Source: Lama guanicoe (Eukaryota). From it: a stretch of DNA of 20,000 nt. Under the pieces are notes generated by a model. It saw nothing but the letters and a program-made list of their open reading frames with translations. It searched no databases and was not told where the DNA came from. The DNA lies in NCBI GenBank assembly GCA_013239625.1, contig MU054323.1, positions 18,099,434 through 18,119,433 of the forward strand, read 5' to 3'. Made by a program: the position numbers and the translations under genes. Shown here one piece after another: positions 9,484 through 20,000 of the stretch; position 1 is the first letter of the stretch; every line of letters starts with the position of its first letter.

Positions 9484-9892
9484 AGGCTTATCAGTATTTC
9501 TTTGTAAGGTAGTACAATTAAGCAGAACACTTTTTGTCTTCACTTAGCAATCAGTTTGGTAAATAATTATGAAGTAGGCATTTTTTTAAACAGGTCTTTG
9601 CTTCATTCACTGGGGATTTTTTGGGACTGAATTTCTCAAGCCAATGTCGATAAATCTTTTACATCCAAAGGAAGATGTAAAGCTCAATAGTACACCAGCA
9701 GTATGTGGATGACTGCAAGGTCTAGGTCAGCCACTGGCTGAGCGTTGAGAAAAGTCAAATTTCAGGGAGAACCTGAAAAATGTTGCTGTTTATAAGACCT
9801 TAAAGATTGACTACTTTAAGTGACTTTCACATCAATGGAAGCCAAGGTGGGGACAATTTGCATCCGTCAGAGGCAGACTGTCACTTGCTGGG

Positions 9893-10922
9893 GTTCTTGA
9901 ACATACAAAAAGCACTAACCGTAAGGGAAAAAATTGATTTCTAGACTCAAAGTTAGGAACGATTCTTTACAGACACTAGAGAGTGATAAGGCAAGTTACA
10001 GAGTGAGGGATGCTATTTGCACTACCTACAAACATAAATATTTTTTTTTCCACATGGCAATAAGAAAAATGTGTGTGAATAGAAAAATGGGCAAAGTAGC
10101 TGAACAGGCAACTTATAAATATCCAAAATGCTACTAAGCATATGAAAAGGTGCTTGAAATCATCAGTCTTGGGAGAATCACATTAAATCACAGTAACTGG
10201 GATGACTAAAGTGTAAAAGACAATACCAGCTGTTTGCAAAGATGCAGAGTAACTGGGATTTTCAAATGCTGTGGAGGGGCGTGTACATTGGTACAACAGC
10301 TTTGGAGAACTGTCACATTTAGGTAAAGTGAAGGCATGTGCATCCTCCCAATCGGCTACTTTACTTCTGGTTATATATGCAACAGGGGAGGTGTACGTGA
10401 TGTTCACCAAAAGACACATGCAAGGATGTTTATAGTGATGCTGCTTGTAGCAGAACAGAACTGGAAATAACCAAGTGTCCATCAAAAGTAGGTAAATGGT
10501 GGTATATTCATAAAATGGAATACTTTATTGTAAAGAATAAACTGCTACATGCAAACACCTGGATGAATCTTCTAGACATATTCAGTAGAAAAAGGCAGGC
10601 ATAGAAGAGTACACCCTGCATGATTCCGGGTATAAATCTCAAAAGCAGGCACAACTAACCTATGGTGTGAAAAGTCAAGGGGATGGTTATTTTTGAGGAA
10701 GTGGATGGTGACGGGGAGGAGCAAGTGTTCATCCCAACAATTTTAATGACTGGGGAAGGGCATGAAGGGGCTTCTGGGATGCTGGAAATGTCCTATTTTT
10801 TATATATACATATATTCTATTTCTTGAACTGAATGGAAATTATATACACGTGTTCACTCTGAATATTTATTGAGGTGTTTATGATGCATGTGCTTCTTTG
10901 TATGTTTATTACACTTCAGTGG
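9893..10922 (+). mobile_element. Ancient L1 (L1ME3-like) ORF2 3' part and 3'UTR
   Basis: acaaaaagcactaaccgtaagggaaaaaattgat, aatagaaaaatgggcaaag, catatgaaaaggtgct, ttggtacaacagctttggagaac, aactggaaataaccaagtgtccatc, tggatgaatct, ggggcttctgggatgctggaaatgtcctattt and tatgtttattacacttca occur in consensus order. Confidence 0.92.
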
Positions 10923-11844
10923 ATAAGTTCACCTCCTTACATACGTGAACTCATGGGATGGCACTGGTGTTGTAGAAAGCAGTGGCACCTTGACGTGGCA
11001 CGAGCAGAACGAGCTGTTTCACGAGAAGGACTAGCACACGGGTGCTCAGTACTAGCTCTTGAGTGGTCTTGGGATTAGGTAACTGGCCAGGCCCAGGCAC
11101 TTGGGCTCTGGTGGACAATGCAGCGTGTAGGCGAAGCTTACCAGCAGGAGGTCTGGGGGCTGTGTTAATTCAGAGAGCAACCGTGAAGTCAGAAGAATTA
11201 GCAAAAACCAAGGGGAGCGGAGAGTTGGGATCAACCTCCAGATACCTAGGACTATAGAAGGTTATTGATATGGATGCAGATTTACACAAAGGCAGGAGTT
11301 TAGGTACCAGGAAACAGGTGGTGGATGGGGCTCAGGCCAGGATCAGGGAGAGCATGTCCCCCAGTGTAGACAGAAAACACACGACTCAGGCTGTAGCTTG
11401 CCTGTCGATCCAAGGACGACTGTTGGGTGGGCAAGATGTTTCCTTCTTGGTGGGGGCAAGGCTATTTTGCTCCTCGAAGTGAGGCAAGATTCGCTAGGGA
11501 CCTGGTGGTTGAAGCCCAGAAGGAGGGTGAGAACTCTGGGGCAGAGCTCAGTTCTAACGGTTTTGGTGATTCAGGAAGGAAGGATAGTTATTTCTTCTAA
11601 CTCTCAGTGGCAACGGAGAACATACTACTGTGTGGGTGCTGTGTGAAATAATTAGGACCAAAACCATATATTGGAAGACATCCCACTTTAGCAGCTATGG
11701 CTTCTGGAACAAGAACAAACAACAGTTGGTCCTCAAATGCTGATCGTGATATGGCGTGACTCCATCTCACCAAGCGTGAACCAAGCATGTGTGAGGAAGC
11801 GGCGAGTGAAAAACTAATGCTTGAGTAAGACCTCATCTTACGCA

Positions 11845-12000
11845 GCTTTCTGAAGACTTTTGCAAATATGATCCCATCTGCAATTCAAAACACCCTTGAG
11901 GGGAGGAAGGGTGTGTATCCCCATCCACGTAAACAGATGACTCAGTGGGGCCTCAAAGACAAAAACGTGATCTATCAAAGGGCTCACAGCTCAAGAGCTC
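11845..12000 (-). mobile_element. MIR relic
   Basis: tttgcaaatatgatcccatctgcaattcaaaacacccttgagg...tatccccatc...acagatga...gggctcacagct resembles antisense MIR. Confidence 0.6.
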
Positions 12001-12287
12001 CAGCATGACTCTCCTTGTGCGACGATGCCTTGGCTAAGCTGTGATACGTGCTGGCCGTGGGATGCTACCAAAGGGCAGCATGGGATATTGAGCAAAGATT
12101 TGTTTTTTTAAATTTAGGCGATATGACATGTCTCTGATGCTGATGCAGGGCTTCGAAATGGAAGCCTGACAGTTGAGGTTAACGTCCCAGGAACAAGCAA
12201 CACCTGGGTTTCGTGGAGTCCAAAGACTGGCATGTGCTTCCACTGATAAGTTTTCAGCAAAGAGTTCTGAAATCTTATCATGTGGGA

Positions 12288-12527
12288 TAGTGCTTCTCAG
12301 ACTTTTGAGTGCGTAAGAATCACCTGGGGTGGTGGTGGTGGTAAAATGCACATTATGATTCATTAGTTCTGGCTACACATGCTGTCATAAGGACACAGTA
12401 TGCTCCTATGGTCCTTGTGGACTGAGAGCTTCAGTGTGGAGCCTCAGGGACTAAGACTTAGAAAGTGGCATCTTTATTAAGAAATAGGCTGAAGCTCCCA
12501 ACTAGACCCACATTTCGGAAACTTCTG
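12288..12527. mobile_element. MER5-family (hAT-Charlie) non-autonomous DNA transposon relic with an internal insertion of about 60 bp
   Basis: agtgcttctcagacttttgagtgcgtaagaatcacctgggg...taaaatgcacattatgattcattagttctgg matches the MER5A/MER5A1 left half. gacccacatttcggaaacttctg resembles the right end. Confidence 0.72.
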
Positions 12528-12619
12528 CATTCTGGATCCACTGTAAAAGAAGTGTTTAGAAATTTTGATTTTACTTTCTTTTCCCCTGTTTTATAGGAAA
12601 CAACTCGAGTCTGGGTGCT

Positions 12620-12885
12620 TCACTTATTCATTCACCTACTAGGTGGCAGTCACAATTCTAGCCCTGGGGGAGGGAGCAGAGGACAAAACGGAAGACGTCC
12701 CTGCCCTCATGAAGTTTACGGTTTGGTGGGGATACTGAGAAAGGGCGGGTCAATAGAAAGTGAACATGTGGTGCACTTGTAGGGGTGGTGGTAAGTGATA
12801 CAGAGAAAAACATTTTTGAAAAGCAGAAAAGGCAGATAGGGTAGAGGGCATAGAATTGCAGTTTTAGCTAAAAAGGCCTGGTCAG
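12620..12885 (-). mobile_element. L2 3'-end fragment
   Basis: ttattcattcacctactaggtggcagtcacaattctagccctgggg...gacaaaac...gtccctgccctcatgaagtttacggtttggtgggg is the antisense L2a 3' end. Confidence 0.8.
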
Positions 12886-13589
12886 ATAGATTTAGACAGA
12901 TGTGATTTTCCCGTGTGTTTCCCTTGGTCAGTGAGGAACTGGGACTTATTAATCTGGGTGTTTGACTCACGAAGCTCCTGGCAGCTGGCTGACAGTTATA
13001 AGGGTTGTTTTTGGTTCTGGTGGTGGTGTTTTGTTTTTGTTTTTTTTTTGGTGGGGAAGCATACCACTTCATTTCGTCTCTGCTGCCGGATTATCACTTC
13101 TCTCATTAAAAAAATCATGAAACATTGGGAGCAGTGGTATTTGAGGTTAACCTTTACCAATGCAGACGTCAGAACAATTTAGCAGCTTGTATTCCAATTT
13201 TAAGTTTTATATCACAGATGGGTGTCTTTCCATTAAAATAAATAAATCAGGAGTGGCAGCAATTGTCAATGTTATTTTTCTTCTTACAATACTTCGAGTT
13301 CTTCTAACTCGAATATGAAAGACGAAATCTCTCCAGAGGATTCACGGTTCCCAGGAGGGCAAACGTGTAGCAAGTAGCGTCACTCACTCCTCCACTCTCT
13401 CACCAGAGGCAGACGTCACTAAACGAGCACGGCATTCTTTTTCACTGAGCCCTGATGGGAGCGATGGAGTCTATATCAAAACAACCACAAATAGATTTGA
13501 GCTGGCACGAGTTAAAACTTGTTTGCCATGCCTGGGCCTAATCCCTCATCCTGACAGCTTAGTAGGGTTGGACAGGAAGCCGTGTTTCG

Positions 13590-13835
13590 CAGTGATGCAG
13601 CTGGAGCCAGGCTTGGTCTTGGTCTTCTCAAATCCTATCTCCATCACTTGCCAACTCTCTGACCCTGGACTAGTGACCTCATGTGTCTAAGCCTTGGCCG
13701 CCTCCTCTATAAAATGGGGGATGCAATACCTATCTCATGGGTAGCTGGAAGAGTTCAGTACTCTCTACGAAGTGCTGAACACAGAGCTTTAGCAGATTTA
13801 TTGAAACATTGAATACATTTCAAACATTATTATTT
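13590..13835 (+). mobile_element. MIR/MIRb SINE, near full length
   Basis: ctggagccagg...tcaaatcctatctccatcacttgccaactctctgaccctggactagtgac...ctcctctataaaatgggggatgcaatacctatctcatggg...aagtgctgaacacagag. Confidence 0.85.
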
Positions 13836-14767
13836 GAACTAATTAACAGACTAATTTCTTGAGGACAAACTTATAGAAGTATCCTGGCCCTGTGAACTTG
13901 TTCTTTTTTTTTCTTTCCTTTTTAAAAAATTTTTAGCTTATAAACATGCTCGTACCTTCTTCCTCTCTCACTCTTCCCAAGCCCACACAGGTAGTGCTGG
14001 AGCCCTTCATCCTGCTTCAGCCTGCTCTGAATGTGGGGTTGGGTGGGGTTCAGTGTCCAGGGCAGGAGAGCTGGTAGACAGCTGGTGAAATGGAGGGAAG
14101 GTCTTGGGTCTTGCAGTCCTGGATTGCCCATCGTACATTGGTTCTATATGTAGATGTTCCCTTAGGGACAAGATTCACAGTGAAGTGGTACCCGGTGCTG
14201 TGTGTTCTGTTGTTCACTAGGGACAATGCAGGTTTTTGTCTGTTACATTCGTTTGGGAATTAATTTCTCTGTTACACTGTTTGTGTGGGAAAATAGACGC
14301 CAGGTCCCCCACAGTTTTATGTATACTATAGTATTTCAGTCATGGAAATCACATCCTTAATTTAAAGTCTGCCTTTACAGAACCAATTATAATGATGTTG
14401 TCCACCGGTGCAAATCAATACCATGCCACTGTTGAGGAAGGTGGAGTTAATTGGGGCTGGTCTGGTATTAGCTCCTTGGAGTTTCCCCTGTAGTATTCAC
14501 ACCATAGGAATCAACTTCTGCCAAATCGAAGGGGGCGTTGGGTGCCAGGTACTGGAGCTGGAAGGATGTTGTTGATGTGAATATTTAATACCCCTTCAGA
14601 AGCATTATTATCAGAATTGACTGGTGCTTCACTTGCCTGCCTTCTGCCAATGACAGCCTGTGATAACTGATTAAGGACCTTTTCCCTGCTAAGACTGAAT
14701 GGATTTAAAAATCCTTCCAAGGGGACACAACTGGGTGATACAAGAAGGCATACAAAATAAAAAGTCT

Positions 14768-14985
14768 TCTTTTTTTTATTCTTTTTTAAAATTGAAGTAT
14801 AGTCAGTTTGCAATGTTGTGTCAATTTCTGGTGTACAGCACAGTGCTTCAGTCATACATATACATGCATACATTCCTTTTCATGTTCTTTTTCATTATGG
14901 GTTACTGTAAGATGTTGAATATGGTTCCCTGTGCTACACAGTAGAAGCTTGTTATTTACCTATTTTATATGTAATAGTATCTCAA
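14768..14985 (-). mobile_element. Young 5'-truncated L1 3' end, camelid/cetartiodactyl type
   Basis: T-rich tail followed by attgaagtatagtcagtttgcaatgttgtgtcaatttctggtgtacagcacagtgcttcagtcatacatatacat...gatgttgaatatggttccctgtgctacacagtag. Possible degenerate TSD aaagtcttcttttt (14761) / aaactcttgttttt (14984). Confidence 0.88.
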
Positions 14986-14999
14986 ACTCTTGTTTTTAC

Positions 15000-17162
15000 T
15001 CCACTAGGATTATATTCTGGCTTCTATTCTTGAGCAGAAGTTTGCTGATAGTCTAACAGTTGTTGCCTTTAAGGTAACCTAACCTTCTTTTCTCGGTTAC
15101 TCTCAGTTTCTTCTTTTTGCATGTTTTGTTTTCTGCCCTTTCACTCTATAGTGTCTGGGTGTGGGTGCAGTGTTATTTATTCTTCTTGGGATTCGCTCTA
15201 ATTCCTGATTCTTAGAATTTATTATTTTTTGTCCAGGCCATGGTCTGCTGTTACTTCCTTGAAATTGCCTCTCAACGTGTATTTTCCTCTTCTGGACTTC
15301 CAGATGTAAATTAGAGCTACTCATTTCTCTTCCATGCCTCTTAGCTTTCTTTTTATATTTTCCAGCTCTTTAATTCTGTGTTTTATTTTGGATTTCCTCA
15401 GATGTATCTTCTAGTTCATATAAGTCTCTCTTAAAATATGTTTAATTTGATTCTAATCTATTTTTTGAGGTACACTTGGTTTACAATATTATATATAAGT
15501 TTCAGGTGTATAACATAGTGAATCACATTTTTAAAGGTATACTCCATTTATAGTTATTACAAAAAAATTGGCTGTATTGCCTTGCTGTACACAGGGATAT
15601 GTACTACATATCTTTGCAGCTCACTTATTTTACATATAACAGTTTGTATCTTTTAATCACCTACCTCTATCTTATCCCTCTCCCCAGTGGTAAGCACTAG
15701 TTTGTTCTCCATATCTATGAGTCTGTTTCTTTTTTGTTATATTCAATACTTTGTTTTTCAGATTCAACATGTAAGTGTCTTTCTCTTTCTGATTTATTTC
15801 ACTTAGCATAATACCCTCCAAGTCAATCCATGTTGTTGCAAATGGCAAAATTTCATTCTTATTTATGCCTGAGTAGTATTCCATCGTGTGGGTGTGTGTA
15901 TTTATACCACATCTTCCTCATCCATTCCATGTTGATGGACACTTAGGTTGCTTTTATTTCTTGGCTGTTGTAAATAATGCTGATATGAATGTTGTAGTGC
16001 ATGTATCTTTTCAAATTAGTGTTTTATTTTCTTCAGATATATACTGTAGAATTGACGGATCATGTGGTAGTTCTGTTTTTAGTCTTTTGAGGAAACTCCA
16101 CACTGTTTTCCACAGTGGCTGCACCAAATTATATTCCCAACAGTGTACAGGGTTCCCTCTTCTCCACATCCTTTCCAACATTTGTTATTTGTGGTCTTTT
16201 TTGATGATAGTCATTCTGACAGGTGGGAGGTGATAACTCATTATGGTTTTAATTTGCATTTCTCTGATGATTAACAAGGTTGAGAGTCCTTTAACGTGCC
16301 TGTTAGCCATCTGTGTGTGTTCTTTGGGAAAATGTCTTTGATTCTTCCATTCGTGTATTTGATACTTCTAAGTATACTTTAAAAATACTTTCTTTTAGGT
16401 TGACATTCTAGCAGCCAAACTTTTTGGGATACTTAGGCCCTCTCTAGCTCACAGTGGATTGCATTTTGTCATTTTTAGATCCCAGTGTGGATGTGTAGAT
16501 GGAGACTGTAACTCAGGTTGGGGCCAGGATCCTTCAGAACAGATTTTGCGTGTATGTTTTTGCATGTGTTCCTGACAAGCATTATAGGGATATCTTGAGT
16601 CTGAACTTCGCTTCTGTTAATTGGTTGATTTGGAAGTGCCAAGCCAGTACACACTTGAATTACAAACCCAAAGGAAGTACAGTCCTGGGTTATAAACTTA
16701 CAGAGAATTTTTGTTTCTTCTTACCCAGAGTCCAAGAGAGAGAAGAGAAATGTCCCTGTCATCTCTCAGTGTTAGCAGAAATTTCTTACCTGGTCAGATC
16801 TTTCACTAAAATTGTAAACCTTCAAGGGTCCTAACTCAGTCCACCTCTTCCCTCCACACTGGCTCAAAGCCTCAATCTCCTGTTTCTGCTTAGACGGTGG
16901 AACCCCATCCTCAGCTTATCTGAATCGCTACCCTCCACCTCTTACCAAACTCTCCTGGGGCTGCTGTCACATTGGCAGAACATACATGTCTGGTTTTCAG
17001 TGCTGCCTTCATGCCTGCCACTGGGGACTTCCCCTTCTTCCTCGTACGCTCAGCTGTGCATCTTAAAGAACGTTTCCTGCAGTTCATCTCACATTTGTAG
17101 GTGTTTGTAGTAGAAGGATTTTCAACTTGCCTTATCCTGCTCTCACTCCAAAATCAGAAGCC
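15000..17162 (-). mobile_element. Ancient L1 (L1ME/HAL1-class) ORF1 plus 5'UTR, split by a younger L1 insertion at 15461-16336
   Basis: 15000-15455 follows antisense ancient ORF1 consensus (ttctggcttct...gtctaacagttgttgcctttaaggtaa...gtgtctgggtgtgg...tcagatgtatcttctagttca). 16400-17162 has 5'UTR-like blocks (ggttataaact...cttacccagagtccaag) and ends cagaagccc. Confidence 0.72.
15461..16336 (-). mobile_element. 5'-truncated L1 (L1MA9-like/Laurasiatherian): ORF2 C-terminus plus 3'UTR
   Basis: ORF 15672..15884 MEYYSGINKNEILPFATTWIDLEGIMLSEINQKEKD is the L1 ORF2p C-terminus. Upstream on the minus strand, [21 protein letters not shown] and [14 protein letters not shown] lie in shifted frames. Candidate TSD TTTGATTCT at 15446-15454 and 16337-16345. 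Confidence 0.95.
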
Positions 17163-17164
17163 CT

Positions 17165-17480
17165 TCCATTTCATGCATTTATTGATCACTCATTAATACC
17201 AGAGCCTGAGCTTAGTACTGGGGATACGAAGACATAGAAGACGAAGTCCCTGCTCACAAGATAGTAGTCTAGTGGGGTAAACAGCTGTGTAGTTTTCGGA
17301 TAAAAGAGTGTAATTAGTTCAGAAGGGATACATATATAATCCTTTTGAAACCGAACAGGGCCAGGACCACCAAAGCTATGGATGAGGTCAGGTCAGAGAA
17401 GGCTTCCTGGAAGAACAGAGAGCTAATCTGATCCTGGAGTGTGAGTAGGAGAAAACCAGGTAAGGGCAGGGGAGGAGGGA
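17165..17480 (-). mobile_element. L2 3'-end fragment
   Basis: catttattgatcactcattaataccagagcctgagcttagtactggggatac...gtccctgctcacaag...agtctagtgggg...ggtcagagaaggcttcctggaaga. Confidence 0.85.
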
Positions 17481-17659
17481 GGAAAGTGATAAATCTGACA
17501 GAACTGCAAACGCGTCAGAACTACGGAGGATAGATTTCAAGGAAACAACCACATCGCAGTGCTGGACTCAACAAGTTTCTGATGACTGTCTGAAATCTTC
17601 TGATACCTTGATAACAGGACGAGGGCCATACAAATATGACATTGTAGTTACAGGAAATG

Positions 17660-18097
17660 ATGGTTCTGCTTGGACAGTCAAGTCCTCTGGGAAGCAGATG
17701 CCACGGAAGATTTAGAAATAAAAGAGATTTATTATTGGGGCTATGTCCATGAGAGAGAAATGAGAGAGAGACAGGAGACGCCGGATTAGACTTCAGTGGG
17801 CTATCCAGGTCTCCCCCTGGTGAAGGGGGAGGGGGAAAGCAGGAAGCCTGGGTGGTGAGTAGAGAGCCTTAGACGATGGTGTGATGCTGGGAAAATGTTT
17901 TCCAAATTAAAGGAAGTTCTAGGGCATTGCCCATAAAAGAGTCTGTGCTGGGCAGAATGGTCAGACCATCGCATCCCTGCTCAGTGCTGTGCTCAGTAAT
18001 CGGCAGGGGCTGCCAGGTGCGAGCATAGCCTGGGCTATGATGCTGTGGCCGACCCCAGAGGTCCACCCACACTCCTTGTTGCAGGTTCTCTCTTGAA
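17660..18097 (-). mobile_element. ERV-L-class solo LTR (LTR33/LTR41-like group)
   Basis: caagtcctctgggaagcagatgcc...aagagatttattattgggg (antisense AATAAA), agagagccttagac, gctgggcagaatgg, tgctcagtaatcggcaggggctgcc and actccttgttgcaggttctctcttgaa. Confidence 0.75.
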
Positions 18098-19987
18098 CCT
18101 CCACCCCCACCAAGAATTCATGAACTAGCCTTCTGATTTACAAGTGAATCTCAGTGTGAATTTAGTTGTCGTGAACCTCTCAGTAAGAATGTGCCCGTGT
18201 CTGAATCTGCAGTGCCTCGGCCTGCAAAGTTGAAGAGAAGAACCGAGTCATGACAGATGTTTCTAGATGTAACATCCAGGGAGCCTCAGGCCTTTTGATA
18301 TCTTTTCAACCTGCCTATCTTAGACAAAAACCTCTGACTCACTGTGTGTCATATACCTTTTTGCTCCTAAAATCAGTCCTTTCTACTACATTGTGCTTCT
18401 GTTGCTGGTGATTCAGGCGTCATTTTCCCTCTAGGTGCGCTTAGTGGCCTCTCTTCCGTGAGACTGGAGAAGAAGGCTAAGAATCATACTATTAGAAAAC
18501 TGCAAGATTATCCACGAAGAGACTGGAGCTGCTGTAGAAAACGGCACATCAGTGTCAGAAAGGCACTAGATTATCATGCCCTCCCTCCCAGAAAAGTTTT
18601 AATTGCTTGACAGGGATTTCTTAACACATGCCGTGGGAAAGTTGGTCACATAATTTGAACCTTTGAAATTACATGCTGGTTTACAATTTTTGTAAAGAGG
18701 GAAGGAGAGTGAATCATTGAGAATGAGTCACTTATTTTCTTCGTGCACTAACCACCTCGTCAAGCCTTAAGTTCACACACATCTGTCCTTGAAATTCTTG
18801 GAGGCATAATGGCAAGGGGATGTGTTCTGCCTTTAAGGTTTTCACTTTCTTTCCTTATTTCAGTGAATGAGATTAGCAGTGAACCTACCGGCTCACGCAC
18901 ATCTCAGTTTCAGATGCCTCTTTGCAGAAGATCATGTTCTGTCCCCGAGGCTATTTGTCTAGTCCCTCTCATTGTAGAACGACATTCTGTAGTGGCCAGA
19001 CTTTTTTCTCCTTTCTCCCAAAGAGAATTTTAGTTCTCTCAAGCTGCATGAAATATTCCTTGCCTTCACTTGGACTCCAAGTGGTATATCCTTGAGAAAC
19101 ACGATGTCTTAAAGCACGTGATTTAGGCACACGTGAATCAAAAGTGCATCTCCCTTGAGCGCTGAGTCAAGCTGTCAAGCACCTAAGCAAGTGGGCTTGA
19201 GGAAGGTGCATTTATCGTTTCTGTGTGAGAGGATCGCTGGTGAGGAGGAAAACGAAGGATGTGCAAGGCTACTGAGAAAATAAGGTCAGAGAACTGCTCC
19301 TTCTTAAAAGTTCCCCTTCAGGCTAATGAAATGGACCCAGAACTGCAAAAAGTTCTTCTAAACTTGCATGACGTTTTTATTTACAGTTAAGTATGGGAGG
19401 TTTTCCTCATGAGCTAATGTGCATATTGAAGACCCACTTAGGAATTTAATCTAAGACCTCAGGACTACCAGGGACAGAAATATCCCCTCTATCATGTCCC
19501 AGTGTCCTATAATTATATACTCCATGTGTATTTCCAAGGCTCTTGGGCATCTCCGAGTTGAAATTAGTGTATATACGTGTGTGAACATTGACACCTAAGT
19601 GAGAAAAACATTCTATGGCATCTAATTGAAGAAAATTAATAAACATGCAGAAATCAAAGAACAATAAAATGAAACAGGTAGTAAAGGCCACTGGGGTCTG
19701 CACCTCAGGATATTTGCACATGCAGATTAGCTCGCTACCCCTGCTAAATGTGAGCTACTCTTGCTTTGTAATTGTTCTTACTCCATTCTTTTTCTTGGGA
19801 TATTTTTGTTAGATGGTTCATCTAAATGCTAAGGCACCAAATGAATAAATAGAACTACAATTGACCAGGGATGATGCCTGCAGTGAATATCATTATTAAG
19901 GTTGTATGTTTCAGTAAAGATTGAACTAAATGCTGGTTGTATCTAAATATTCCAGTGGGAATGTTATTAAAAGAACTTTGAAAAGAC

Positions 19988-20000
19988 TTTTTTTTTTTTT
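19988..20000. repeat. Poly(T) run at the window edge (13 or more T), possibly the antisense poly(A) tail of a downstream retroelement
   Basis: aaaagac followed by 13 T up to the last base; the element body would lie outside the window. Confidence 0.85.

Noticed and set aside
9790..9890. Possible L1MC-type 3'UTR fragment (gccaaggtggggacaatttgcatc)
   Set aside because: Only a match of about 25 bp from memory; too little to call.
12636..12649. CTCF-like motif CTACTAGGTGGCAG in the L2 fragment
   Set aside because: It has T at the near-invariant second C of the CCAC core and sits in L2-derived sequence. Similar near-misses at 13400-13412 and 18427-18440 lack a core G.
15886..16233. 115-aa plus-strand ORF (VDGHLGCFYFLAVVNN...LRKLHTVFHSGCT)
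   Set aside because: This is the familiar antisense translation of the L1 ORF2 3' region, not a gene.
18420..19033. Acceptor-like sites at 18434 and 18863 followed by open frames of about 55-60 codons
   Set aside because: No convincing donor site and no recognisable protein similarity.
1..20000. CRISPR arrays, operons, rRNA/tRNA genes or other prokaryotic/phage systems
   Set aside because: No regularly spaced direct repeats, no long ORFs and no structural RNA motifs. The repeat content is diagnostic of eutherian nuclear DNA.

Overview
Mammalian non-coding DNA made up largely of decayed transposable elements. I find no intact protein-coding gene, RNA gene or CRISPR array; the ORF-track entries are either chance ORFs or fragments of retroelement proteins (L1 ORF1, L1 ORF2, ERV-L pol). 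Recognisable content: several LINE-1 fragments of different ages (two nested insertions with candidate target-site duplications), L2 and MIR relics, a MER5-type DNA transposon relic, MaLR (MLT1-type) LTRs, and an internally deleted ERV-L provirus (about 4660-6911, minus strand) whose RNase H, integrase and dUTPase motifs can still be read through stops and frameshifts. A young L1 3' end at about 14.8 kb resembles the camelid/cetartiodactyl type, and I see no Alu, B1, Bov-A/BovB or SINEC. Most LINEs and LTRs are on the minus strand, suggesting an intron of a plus-strand gene. The most unusual observation is an inverted pair of ancient MLT1 fragments (3781-4153) that share a perfect 21-bp block. 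There are also candidate enhancer motif clusters (about 13.2-13.5 kb and 18.3-19.2 kb) and cryptic exon candidates. Repeat family names come from my recollection of consensus sequences and need RepeatMasker/Dfam confirmation; boundaries are approximate unless TSDs are given. Nothing here demonstrates a novel biological system.
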